Shown piece by piece: positions 25,001 to 36,649 of a DNA stretch of 64,000 nucleotides. The DNA lies in assembly GCA_950097015.1 (NCBI GenBank), contig CATNEN010000039.1:5084001-5148000 (forward strand), given 5' to 3'. Every line of letters starts with the position of its first letter. Within the stretch, counting starts at the first letter, position 1. Under the pieces are notes generated by a model, which was given only the letters and a program-made list of their open reading frames with translations, searched no databases and was not told where the DNA came from. The position numbers were made by a program, and so were the translations under genes. This stretch comes from Macrostomum hystrix (taxonomy: Eukaryota; Animalia; Platyhelminthes).

Positions 25001-28000
25001 CCCGGTGTCGACGGCACCACCAGACTTCTCCAAGGCGTCCCGCGCCAGCGACGTCAGTGTGTCAGCCAGGGCCAGCGGATCCTTCGGCGGCGGATGCCGA
25101 CGCAGCAGGGCGACCTCCGGCGCGCTTTTGACCAGCGTCTCGGCTGCCGCTACGTTGGCCTTGAGCATCCACTCTTCGACTAGCTGGTGCGAGCTCTCGG
25201 CCTCCTCCTCCTTCATCAGCTGGGGCGCGCCCTCCGGCCCATCGGGACAGGTGAATTGCAGCTTCTTGGCGACGCTGAAGCCGAAAGCGCCGTTGGCCAG
25301 GCGTTGCTTGCGAAATTTCTTAGCCAAATTTTGTAGCTGACGCACCGCCGTGCGCACCTGGCGACCCGTGAACGGCTGCGACACCGACTGCGGCAGGAAT
25401 TCGTCTGACTCAAGCAGCTGCTCAGCCTCCTCGTACGATAGGCGACAGCAGGGCCTGATGATGGACTTGGCGAATCTGGGTAATAACCGTAAAATACAAA
25501 TATAATAATAATATAAGAAATATGAATTAATAATTGCAGAAGGGCTGCAGGTTTTGGCACATCATTCGGTGCCTCTTGACCCTCTGCCAGCGAGGAGGCT
25601 TTTCTGCCCATTTCAGTGACTCCTGAGCAGCTCACGCAGGTGTGTACAGCTGCCCTGACTTTCTCATCGTCAGGCAGTGAACACTTTCACTGTGCCTTGG
25701 AGGTTGGCCCTCAAGGGCGGAAAATGCGCCACAGATGAATGTGGCCTCGCCCCGGAATCGAGCTCAGGGACCTTGGTGCGAGAGGCAAACGCGTTAACCG
25801 CTCTGCCACCGACCCCATGGTAATAACGGGATTGCATGGTATAATAAGGGATTTTTTACTTTTAATCCTAGGATAACCCCAATTCACCGGTATGACGCAA
25901 CATCGCCCTTTGTATCGATCTGGAAGATGACAGAGAAGGTCAGCTTCTCCTCGCCTGGCAGCAGTGAGCAGTAGCCGTTGCTGAGAGTCTCTGGCAGCAT
26001 TGGGATCACGCGCTGAACCAGATAAACTGAGGTGGAGCGGCGACGGGCTTCGCGATCGAGGGCCGACTCGGGCGGCACAAAATGCGACACGTCAGCAATG
26101 TGCACACCGACCTAGGCAACGAGTTGGTATTGGCTTATGACTTCGTCTGGGGTTGCTGTCTAGCCAATCAAATCATCTGGGGTTGCTGTCTAGCCAATCA
26201 AATCATCTGGGGTTGCTGTCTAGCCATGAAATCATGAAATGAAATGAAATCATCTGGATTGTCGCCTACCTATCTGTTTTAAGAAACTCGAAAGCAAAAA
26301 ACACGAAGATCACCTCGAAGCAGCCGTTGCCAAGCGGTTTTACATGCAACGCATCGTCCAGATCCCTAGCCGTTGCAGGATCAATAGAGACAACGCATCT
26401 GTCTGTGAAATCCTCGCGATCTTTCCGATCACCGCGACTTATGTAGAATGTTTTCGGCACGTCGGCCAGAGCTGACAGTGGGAACGGCCGCTCGTCGATG
26501 CCAGTCTCAACTAGAATGGCCTGGGTGGCGCCCTCAATTGTAGCCAAATCTGTGTTCATTGGCAACACCTCGGCAACGGGGCGAGACAGATGACTCGGCC
26601 AGTCTACCATCTGAGGGAATTTAGGATTGCAGGGGAGAGCGAAGCTGGTCATTTAATGGGTTATTATACTTTCAGTTTCATGTTTGGTAGGTCATTGGCC
26701 TCTTTTTCAGTTGAATTTTGGTGTAGCCTAGTGGTTAGGACTCACGACTCGAAGGTCGGGGGTTCGATTGCCGACTCCACTGGATCAATTTGTGTCTTTT
26801 AGAAAGACACTTAACTCTGCATTGCGTCAGTTCACCCAGCTGTTATGATGGGTACCTATGGTAATGGGTACCAGCATCAGCTGGGGTAATTGAGGGTTGG
26901 TGTGACATTCTCACAGTCCAAGGACTGACAGCCGTGCACAGCCATTAGGGGCAGGTTTATTCAATAAATTATTAATTAATTATTATGTTAGGTGCGTCAT
27001 TAAAGTCAAACCTTCACAGCCACAGTGTAGGTCTCCCCAGCCAGACCCTTGGCCAGGTTCTGCGTCAGCTGGCGTTTAACCTCGAGTCCCATGAACAGCG
27101 GATGCACCGGCACCAGCATGAGGGGTGCCCGACGATCGCGCGGTTTGAACAGGGCCACCCGGCCGCTGCGATGAAGCGACAGGCTGCCGACGAAGCATTT
27201 GTTGTTGAAGGACGATACAATACGAACTACTTCGCCGGACATGACTAGGCCGGCCTGGCACAGCGAGTTGATCTGCTCGATGCTCATGAAGGAGGAGTCA
27301 ATGTCCACGGGTTCGGAAACCAGCTCCGAGAGCAGCTCCGACCGGTGTTTGAGCTCGGACTCTACTGTTGGCCCGTTGAGTCCAAAAGTCCAGTGGCGCA
27401 CTGGTAGCAGGTGCACCGCCACCTGATCTCGGTCAAGGGCTCGATTCATGGCCTCGCCTGATCGAATGGCAACCGGCATGCCCTGAGGGTTGCAGGTTAA
27501 ACCGGCCCTGATGACACGGCTATTTAGAGTGAGGTCGCTGTTTGAAGTGAGGTGGCTGTTTGGAGTGAGGTGGCTGTTTGGAGTGAGGTGGCTGTTTGAA
27601 GTGAGGTGGCTGTATGGAGAGAGGTGGCTGTATGGAGAGAGGTGGCTGTTTGGAATGAGGTGGCTTTATGAAGTGAGGTGGCTGTTTGGAGTGAGGTGGC
27701 AGTTTGAAGTGAGGTGGCTGTATGGAGTGAGGTGGCTGTATGGAGTGAGGTGGCTGTATGGAGAAAGGTGGCTGTTTGGAATGAGGTGGCTGTAAAGAGT
27801 GAGGTTGCTGTTTGGAGTGAGGTTGCAGTATGAAGTGAGGTGGCTGTTTGGAGTGAGGTTGCAGTATAAAGTGAGGTGGCTGTTTGGATTGAGGTTGTCA
27901 GTGATCTTTACAGAGAAAATAAACATTCGCGTATCAGACTAGATATTTTCAGATAAAACTTAAACTTTAAACTATTCGAGTAAAAATGTCCTACCTGCCA

Positions 28001-29905
28001 CTTGCAGATAGCCAGATTTCCAGGACTAATTACGCTGAAGTAGCAGAGCAGGACGTGATTAGCGCGCATGCCTTTGCCGAGCATCCTGGCGTCCCAGTGG
28101 TCCTTAAAATGCTGTTTGTTAAGATTTAAGTTCTAAGATTAAATTTAGCGATTATAAAAAACTGGAACTGCTTAAATCATTGACTTTTAGTGTAACAAAA
28201 GATAGTAAATAAGCAAACCAGAACAAATACAACCTTAAAAAATCGAAATCTAATTTTAAACAGCAAAGCTCAATGTCATAAAATCGCTGGTACCATTTGA
28301 ACTGCTTACACAAGACAAAACGAATTGTCGTCTCTTTTGTTGCAGCCTCTTACTCATGCGAGACTGAAAGTTACAATATCGTAACCGGACCAAATATACT
28401 CTCTTTGAATACTTAGGCTTGGTGGCTTTGTGGAGGGACGTCGCTGTAAGGGAGTAAGGTGGGAGTTGAGGAGTGAGGCTGCTGTTTGGAGAGAGGTGGT
28501 TGTGTGGAGTCAATGGCTATGTGGAGTGAGGTGGTTGTAGGGGAGTGAGGTGGTTGAAGGGGAGTGAGGTGGTTGAAGGGGAGTGAGGTGGTTTTAGGGG
28601 AGTGATGTAATTGTCTGGAAAGCGTTTGTAGGGATGGATAGCAAGTAATATCTGCTTTGCTAAGGAATATTTGTCTTCTTTTTCCTTAGATATAATTCAG
28701 GTCAGACTGCTTACAACGACCATTCCGGGCACGGTGAGGCCGGCGATGTGCGCCAGTTTCTGCTCTCGGAGCCGCATCTCAGCGGAGCTTGGTTCCGGTG
28801 CCAGTTCTATGAGTCGATGGTCGGCATCAATGGAACTGATCACCTCCTCGGCGTGACGCATGTCGGCCTCTTCGGCATCTTCTTCGGCAGCATCGGAGGC
28901 CGTGTTCAGCGATGACGATCCAATAGCGGATGGAGAGGTCAAAACTTCAGGTGATGCAGAAATTGCTTCTGAAGTCACCTGTTTGTATTTATTGGGGAAC
29001 AAATATTTTGGCCAATATTTTACTCAGGTAGATGCATTGAAAAGATGCATTGTCAATCCGAACAAAAATGATCTGTTTGACAAGTGCAGCAAAGACGTGA
29101 CAGAGCGGATATAATAAAAATAATAACTGCAAGAGGACTGTGACAACATATGGGCAATTCTGCACACAATTGAGCACACACGGACACATACGGAACACAG
29201 GCACACACACAGGTGTGCTCATCTACCCAGGACTTTCTTATCGTCAGGCAGTGTACACTCTCACTGTGCCTTGGAGGTTGGCCCTTAAGGGCGAAAAATT
29301 GTACGACAAGCCCCCAAGCCTTCTCTGCGGCTGCACCCCTAAATGATTGTGGCCTCACCGCGGAATCGGATGTGACAGCACTGGCAATGTTTTCACGCTA
29401 TGAAACAGCAATCGTGATGACAAAAACAGTTGACAGTGCTTCATTGCTTTATGGACACAAACATTCTCTCCTCTAACCAATGGACTAAAACTCCGTTGCA
29501 AAACAAGTAGATCCAACGCACCGCTGACGCAGTTTTAGACATAGCGTCGAATTTCGCTTCGGATAAAATTGAAGATCTTCCACGCCAGTCGAACACAAAT
29601 CGGCTAACCCTAGCCATCAGGTTTTTCACACCCCCTCTAACGGAACCGTCCGTAGCCATTAGCTTTCGCTGTTGCTGCTGACTCGGCTCCTGCTGGCACA
29701 GTCCCTGACGCACAGCTGCCAATCGAATATTTCGATTCAGCGCCGACGGCTGCGTTGACTTCGGTCGGCGACCGCCGCCGCCGCTGTGCCCTCCCGTGGC
29801 TGAGGTGACGAGACTGCGCCAGCCTAGCACAGTGAGGGCCCGACACTGCCGCTGCTGCTGCTGCTGCTGCTGATGACGGCATTGGCAAGCGACACGCAAT
29901 AGCAT
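22028..29905 (-). CDS. DIS3L2: DIS3L2-like RNase II/RNB family 3'-5' exoribonuclease, divergent paralogue B
   Basis: Exons 29905-29609, 28978-28715, 28111-27995, 27482-27012, 26610-26314, 26111-25888, 25475-~25010, ~24380-23914, 23288-22935, 22330-22028. Motifs NRALDRDQVAVHLLP (CSD1), [15 protein letters not shown] (catalytic), [47 protein letters not shown]. No PIN domain seen. Attachment of the first two exons is inferred from phase compatibility, and one junction (~25010/24380) is uncertain. Confidence 0.85.
22385..22892. repeat. 32-bp minisatellite (GGGTGTTAGATACAGCCTGAGATGAACAGGGA) x~15
   Basis: Near-perfect tandem array in an intron. Confidence 0.96.
23320..23842. repeat. 21-bp minisatellite (GTGAGACCGGGTGAGAGTACA)
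   Basis: Degenerate tandem array in an intron. Confidence 0.92.
24405..24955. repeat. 24-bp minisatellite (GCTGGATGGGMTAGTCTGTCAGGT) x~22
   Basis: Tandem array in an intron; source of the QVLDGIVC and HPAPDRLS ORFs. Confidence 0.96.
25520..25812 (-). mobile_element. tRNA-derived SINE family A copy
   Basis: Head GGTGGCAGAGCGGTTAACGCG..GCTCGATTCC; body matches the other A copies. Confidence 0.85.
26719..26985 (+). mobile_element. tRNA-derived SINE family B copy
   Basis: A box TAGCCTAGTGG, B box GGTTCGATTGCC; body GACACTTAACTCTGCATTGC..CACCCAGCTGTTA..ATGGGTACC shared with copies at 38.4, 51.7 and 57.8 kb; (ATT)n-type tail. Confidence 0.85.
27525..27897. repeat. 18-bp minisatellite (GAGTGAGGTGGCTGTWTG); related short array at ~28470-28605
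   Basis: Tandem periodicity. Confidence 0.93.
29150..29370 (-). mobile_element. SINE family A copy (truncated)
   Basis: CGTCAGGCAGTGTACACT..CCTTGGAGGTTGGCCCTTAAGGG body. Confidence 0.8.
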
Positions 29906-30069
29906 AGTTTGATTCTGCAAAAATTTGCAACGTTAATGATTTTATTAAATTAGTTTAGTTAGTAACACATTAGGAAGAGACTGGACAAGGGCTCGGCAAC
30001 CAAATTTATATCGAGGCCAAATATTTTTAACAACGACATCGGCATCATATCGATGGGAAGATATGGGAA

Positions 30070-30762
30070 AGATGAGACAGGAGATATAGATATGGGGAGG
30101 GGATGAGACATAAGAGATGAGACGGGAGAATTGAGACACTGGAGGTGAGACGGGAGAATTGAGACACCGGAGGTGAGACGGGAGATATGAAACACAGGAG
30201 GTGAGACGGGAGATATGAGACATAGGAGGTGGGACAGGAGATATGAGACATGGGAGGTGAGACGGGAGATATGAGACATAGGAGGTGGGACAGGAGATAT
30301 GAGACATGGGAGGTGAGACGGGAGATATGAGACATAGGAGGTGAGACGGGAGATATGAGACATAGGAGGTGAGACGGGAGATATGAGACATAGGAGGTGA
30401 GACGGGAGATATGAGACATAGGAGGTGAGACGGGAGATATGAGACACAGGAGGTGAGACGGGAGATATGAAACACAGGAGGTGAGACGGGAGATATGAGA
30501 CATAGGAGGTGAGACGGGAGATATGAGACACAGGAGGTGAGACGGGAGACATGAGACATGGGAGGTGAGACGGGAGATATGAGACATAGCAGGTGAGACG
30601 GGAGATATGAAACACAGGAGGTGAGCCGGGAGATATGAAACACAGGAGGTGAGACAGGAGATATGAGACATGGGAGGTGAGACGGGAGACATGAGACATG
30701 GGAGGTGAGACGGGAGTTTTGAGACACGGGAGGTGAGACGGGAGATATGAAACACAGGAGGT
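30070..30762. repeat. 28-bp purine-rich minisatellite (GAGATATGAGACATAGGAGGTGAGACGG)
   Basis: Tandem array between ATG7 and DIS3L2-like B. Confidence 0.95.
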
Positions 30763-31424
30763 TTCCGACCCCTTGCTAGACAATAGTGCACAACAATACA
30801 CCTGTGCTTCAATTGCAAGCTACTGCTACAGTTGAAATAAGCAAATTTACGCCAAGAAAGAGTATTTCAAATAAAAAACGTGCTTAGCAAATCAAGAGGC
30901 AAGTATCTATTTATCGTACCTGGAAATCACACAAGCGATTATTAAAAAACTTTACTGTTATCAACGCAAGATTCAATAACAATGGCAGCTTAGATAATAT
31001 TTTGTAGCTAATCAGAATCAAGAAATGGAATATAAAATTCTTACATGCGTTTGCCGTCACAAATTTGCTGATGTAATAACGATTGTTTCGGTGACAAACA
31101 ATGAAACGCAAAAATGGCACACTACTTTATGTTAGTAGAAAGCGCAGTTATAACATCGATATAATTATTTGTTATAATTTACAATGAACTAAATTTTTAT
31201 TTACAGCAAACAAAACTTATTATGCAATTATAAATTATTTGAGAAATAATATTAACAACGTTATAAATGGATCAAAGGGTATTCGTGAATTCTTGAATAA
31301 GAAATGTAAAAAATGTTAAATAATACTATATTTCTAAATAAAAAATCAATAGCTAGTCCACTAAAAAATTCAGGAACCACAAGTCACTCATTTGTTAGTT
31401 TAGGAAACACCCACTATACCATCA

Positions 31425-31762
31425 GTTAGTTCAGTTACCACCGTTATTGCCTCCGTTACTTCGGTAACCATTAATGTCTCTTCCGTTACTTTAGTAACCA
31501 CCAATGTCACTTCCGCTACTTCAGTAACCACCAATTTCATTTCCGCTACTTTAGTAACCACCAATGTCACTTCCGCTACTTCAGTAACCACCAATGTCAC
31601 TTCCGCTACTTCAGTAACCATTAATGTCTCTTCCGTTACTTCAGTAACCACCAATGTCTCTTCCGCTACTTCAGTAACCACAAATGTCTCTTCCGTTACT
31701 TCAGTAACCACCAATGTCACTTCCGCTACTTCAGTAACCACAAATGTCTCTTCCGTTACTTC
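31425..31762. repeat. 30-bp minisatellite (TTCCGYTACTTCAGTAACCACCAATGTCWC)
   Basis: Tandem array immediately 3' of the ATG7 stop. Confidence 0.93.
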
Positions 31763-31785
31763 AGGAAACCTCAAACAGTAGACAA

Positions 31786-34700
31786 TCAGAAGTCGTCGTC
31801 ATCAGCGTCCATCTCGATGACCTCGACAGACAATTCGGCATCGGCGCGCAACTGAGCCAAACCGGCCACGGCTTCCAGGTGGGCGGAGTCATTAAATGCC
31901 TTTAATAGGAAGCCGCGATAGCCGCCAGCTCGATAGGCGGACAGCACAGAGTCTGAACAAGCAGAGCAGCGATCGAACCTGTGACCAACAGGAGCCATCT
32001 GACTGGCGTCGGACAGGAAGCCGCGCAGCTGATGCGGCACTCGACCCATTGGCGGCCGGTCGCCGCTGCCACCACCGACAACGTCGGAAGCGTCGGCCTC
32101 GACGTCCGGACCGTCCGGATGCTGCAAGGCTGACACCATGAGTTCCACTAGGAGGCCGGCCGCTATCATGGCCAGGCCAGGCCGGGTGACCGTGCACTGC
32201 TGGTCCAAGGTTCGATCTTGGCTAGAATTGCCAGGCGCGGTGACGTCCGAACAGAAATAGCAGCCGTGCTGTGACTGCCGGCCAAGACCGTGCCGCATCA
32301 CCAGGTAGGAGTCGAACCCCAGGGCCGCATTCATAGCCAGCTTGCCGGCCGATGCCGCCAGGAGGGTTGGCAGCCATCGAGCCTCCCGACTATCCAGCAG
32401 GAGGAAGACAACGTCGTGCTCGGAGATTAACGATTCCAGTTCGGCAACGTCGCGACCGACTGCAGATTCTTGATCGCGAGGCACCGAGTGACCCGGCATA
32501 GGGATCTGTGCAGGGGGAGATGTACATTAATTTCCCATTGTGAACTTTCAACCTCCATCCGTGTACTTTTAACCTCCATCCGTGTACTTTTAACCTCCAT
32601 CCGTGTACTTTTAACCTTTAATTGTGTACTTTTACCTTCCTATTTTGTACTTCTGACTCCCGATTGTGTACTTTTACCTTCCTATTTTGTACTTCTGACT
32701 CCCGATTGTGTACTTTTACCTTCCTATTTTGTACTTCTGACTCCCGATTGTGTACTTTTACCTTCCTATTTTGTACTTCTGACTCCCGATTGTGTACTTT
32801 TACCTTCCTATTTTGTACTTCTGACTTTCGATTGTGTACTTTTACCTTCCTATTTTGTACTTCTGACTCCCGATTGTGTACTTTTACCTTCCTATTTTGT
32901 ACTTCTGACTCCCGATTGTGTACTGTTAACATTCTACAAGAAGTATGTACACTTGATTATGTATTCTAGTATATAAAAACGTTCAATTCGGCTTTTTAAC
33001 GCAAACTTTCAAAATGTGCTTCAGGCAATAACAAATTGTACTCGTAGATCTTTCAATGCTATTTTTTATCGTGGAATTGCATGGGTTCAGCCTAAATGCT
33101 ATTAGTAGTAATCGAAGCGCACCTGCAGGCATCTCCACTGCGCATTCACACCGGGGAAGATATCCGTCAAAGCTTTGGCGGCCGCTTCGGCTTTCAACCG
33201 GCCGCCCGGCTGCTGCTGAGAATCGGCGAATGTAAACAGAGACTGCCGGACCGGATTCGAGTAGGAGACCCGGCCGTTGTCAACCAGGGTGATGTTACGG
33301 ACGCCCCAGCCAAGGAGGAGGCGGGCCACGTTGCAGCCGAGGGTGCCGGCGCCAAGCAGAAGGCAGCGGGTGGCAGCCAGGCTGGCCAAGTCCAGCTGCG
33401 GCACAAGGCGCCAGCGCATGAGCTGCAGGTTGAGGTCCACGGCGCTCTCGGCCAGCCTGTCCGGGCTGAGGCTGGCCGACAGGTCCACAAAGCGAGGCTG
33501 TAGAGCCGGCCGGCCGCCTGACGCAGTTGGGGGAGATTTCTCCCAGCCCAAACAGCGGAAGGCCAGGCCAGAGGTGGCGTCCGGGACTCGAATTCGCATC
33601 AGGCGGCTGTGAGCGCAGGTGCGACGACCCTGTTGAAAGCGATCGCTGAGGAGGAAGGCAGGATGGCGATGGAGATGTAGAAAAATCCACTCAGAACTGA
33701 CATGCTGACACTCAGAACTGACATACTGATACTCAGAGCTGACAAACTGACACTCAGAACTGACATGCTGACACTCAGAACTGACATGCTGACACTCAGA
33801 ACTGACATGCTGACACTCAGAGCTGACAAACTGATACTCAGAGCTGACAAACTGACACAAAGAACTGACATGCTGACACTCGGAACTGACACTCAGAACT
33901 GACATGCTGACACTCGGAACTGACAAACTTACACTCAGAACTGGCATACCGACACACGGAACTGACACCGTGACACACAGAACTGACTTACTGACACTCA
34001 GAACTGACAAACTGACACTCAGAACTGGCATACTGACACTCAGAACTGACAAACTGACACTCAGAACTGGCATACTGACACTCAGAACTGACATGCTGAC
34101 ACTCAGAACTGACAAAATAACACTCAGAACTGACAAACTGACACTCAGAACTGGCATACTGACACTCAGAACTGACAAAATAACACACAGAACTGGCATA
34201 CTGACACTCGGAACTGGCATACTGACACTCAGAACTGGCATACCGACACACGGAACTGACACCGTGACACACAGAACTGACTTACTGACACTCAGAACTG
34301 ACAAACTGACACTCAGAACTGGCATACTGACACTCAGAACTGACAAACTGACACTCAGAACTGGCATACTGACACTCAGAACTGACATGCTGACACTCAG
34401 AACTGACAAAATAACACTCAGAACTGACAAACTGACACTCAGAACTGGCATACTGACACTCAGAACTGACAAAATAACACACAGAACTGACATACTGACA
34501 CTCGGAACTGGCATATAAATGACAGAACTGACATACTGACACTCATAACTGACAGACCGATTCGAACACAGACCGGAGGCCCTCACCGGTAGGCCAGCAC
34601 GGTGCAGTCCTGCCCAGGCCAGTGATGTGCCAGCACGGCCAGCAGATTCCGTAGCGGCCAGCCGGCGGCCCGACAGTCAGTGGAAGGATCGGCATAGCCG

Positions 34701-35559
34701 AAGACGCAATCCCGGGCTGGCAGCGACTGAGCCATGGCATCGGCCAGCGAAAGCAAACGAACAGAGCTTGCAGTCTGCAAATTGAAGATCGACAGTCTAT
34801 ACTCAATAGTGCTCAAATAAAAAATTTGCCAGGAGTCCCTACTCACATCCGCCGAATCAGCCAGTCCGCAGACAACAAAATACGGGCACCGGCCAGAGCT
34901 AACAAAGAACTGCAACACCTGTTCGGCTAGAACCTCCACGGCTGTTGTAGCCATAGCCTCAGCTAAACTGACGTTGCTTAGCAACACGGCCGATGCTTCA
35001 GGCGGAAATGCCAGCACCGGCATGCATAGCCAATAGTAGAAGTGATATTTCTTCAGGTCAACATAGGAAAGAATAGTGAAGTCTAGCAGGCTGGCGGGCT
35101 GATGAAGAGCTTCGCCTGACCGGATGCTGGAGAGCAACTGGGAGCCGAGCTGGTCAACGAAGGCCTGCTTGTCTAACGCCTGAAAGATACGGGATTTTGA
35201 TTTTGAGATTTATATACTAAATTGTGTACTCAAGTGTGCTCAAATGTGTACTCAGTTCGCACCTTAAAGGCGTCCAGGCTATTTAGATTCCACAGCCGAC
35301 CGGCTGGCGCGAACGATCTGGCCGACAATTCCGCAACGGCGGTCGCATCGAAGGCGTTGTACTCGAAGGCCAGACGGCACGGCAGCCTGTCCGCATCGCC
35401 GATGCTGTACAGGCCGCGTATCGGCACCGGCTCCTCGGACAGCTTCAACTCCTCCAGCTTCAGCTTGCAGAATCGATGCCAGAAGGCCACGCTGATGCTC
35501 GACTCGAAGGCTATAAACTGCAGCTGCTGCTGCTGCTGACCGATTGTCAGGTCAGACAT
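31786..35559 (-). CDS. ATG7: Ubiquitin-like modifier-activating enzyme ATG7
   Basis: Exons 35559-35263, 35179-34847, 34774-34587, 33645-33123, 32505-31786. Motifs [77 protein letters not shown], catalytic [28 protein letters not shown]. Confidence 0.97.
32550..32925. repeat. 21/42-bp minisatellite (TTGTGTACTTTTACCTTCCTATTTTGTACTTCTGACTCCCGA)
   Basis: Tandem array in an ATG7 intron. Confidence 0.93.
33690..34555. repeat. 21-bp minisatellite (ACTCAGAACTGRCAWRCTGAC) with a 294-bp higher-order duplication
   Basis: Variant GACACACGGA recurs at 33951 and 34245. Confidence 0.94.
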
Positions 35560-36426
35560 TGTGACTGAATATTGTGAAAATTCAAAGAAAGCATTGCATT
35601 TGTGAAGATAATACTTTAGACTTCTGACTTAAGAGGTCCAGAGTTATAATCTTATAGCCTACTGAATCTCGGCTTAACTGAGTTTGGTGTCATTTATAGT
35701 TTTCTTTTTATATTTAAAATGGCAACAAAAATGAGAAAAATATAATGCCTTTTTACTGGCATGATTTCTACGTGTTTCACCTAGAATGCAAATGTTTATT
35801 TCAATTTTGGACATTGATATAACGCAAGTATTATATTATTTCATACACTAGGTGCAGTTTAACGAACAAAATCACTTAGCATACGAATGACAGCGCGAGC
35901 AGAAGTAACAAACAGAACATTACAAGCTTTTTGCTACACAAATTTATTTATTTTCCTTTGGGATTCAGTGAATAAAGGCAATGTCTATGGTAAATATATT
36001 CAGCATAATTTATTTGCTAATTATAGTAACCCTATGACTGAGAGTGACCTAAACTGTCTATGAACTAAATTGTCTATGACCGAGACTTTATATTACCGAA
36101 ACTGTCTTTGATTTAATCAATTTATGGCTCAAACTGCTTAGAAGGAAAATTTTGACACTTATAAAACCACCGCAACAGAATAAATCAATACATAAACAAG
36201 TAGTATAGTCTGTATAGTCTTAGCAAGACAAACAAATAGAAAGAATTGAAATAATGGACTAGCAAGCATCATTAGTTTCAGTGGGTTTCAAAACTGTAGT
36301 ATAGCACAACAATGAATAAATAATTAATTAACAGAAGTTTGTAGAAAATGTTGTAACTGGATTGCATGAAGAAAGGTTCACTTTAAAATATAAATAATAA
36401 AGACAAAAATTAAAACTAGAATGTTA

Positions 36427-36608
36427 TGACGTCACGTGACGTCACACGACGTCATGCTTTATTCTATGGCCAAGCCTCATAACAGGCATCTTTATTTTTC
36501 TATCCTTTAAGCTTGATTATGTAGTCCTTGGTTAGGACAATAAGAACGCATGCTCAGTTCATAGTCTATGGCCTAGACTTAATGGATAAAAAATGGCAGT
36601 CACGTGAC
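36427..36608. promoter_or_regulatory. Candidate CLEAR (GTCACGTGAC) / CRE (TGACGTCA) cluster upstream of ATG7
   Basis: Perfect 18-bp palindrome TGACGTCACGTGACGTCA (36427-36444), partial CRE at 36447-36454, second GTCACGTGAC at 36599-36608. Confidence 0.5.
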
Positions 36609-36649
36609 CTCGCCATTAGAAGACAAGCAAATAAAAGCAGTACCTAGCC

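Noticed and set aside
28330-28446. Possible extra small exon of DIS3L2-B
   Set aside because: Phase-compatible but not required, and shows no homology signal.
31400-31774. VTEVAEVT repeat ORF 12 bp after the ATG7 stop
   Set aside because: 30-bp tandem repeat with a non-ATG start, likely 3'UTR; not in frame for readthrough.
33699-34586. Hydrophobic SVLSVSM repeat fused to ATG7 in the 494-aa ORF
   Set aside because: Intronic 21-bp minisatellite between donor 34586 and acceptor 33646.
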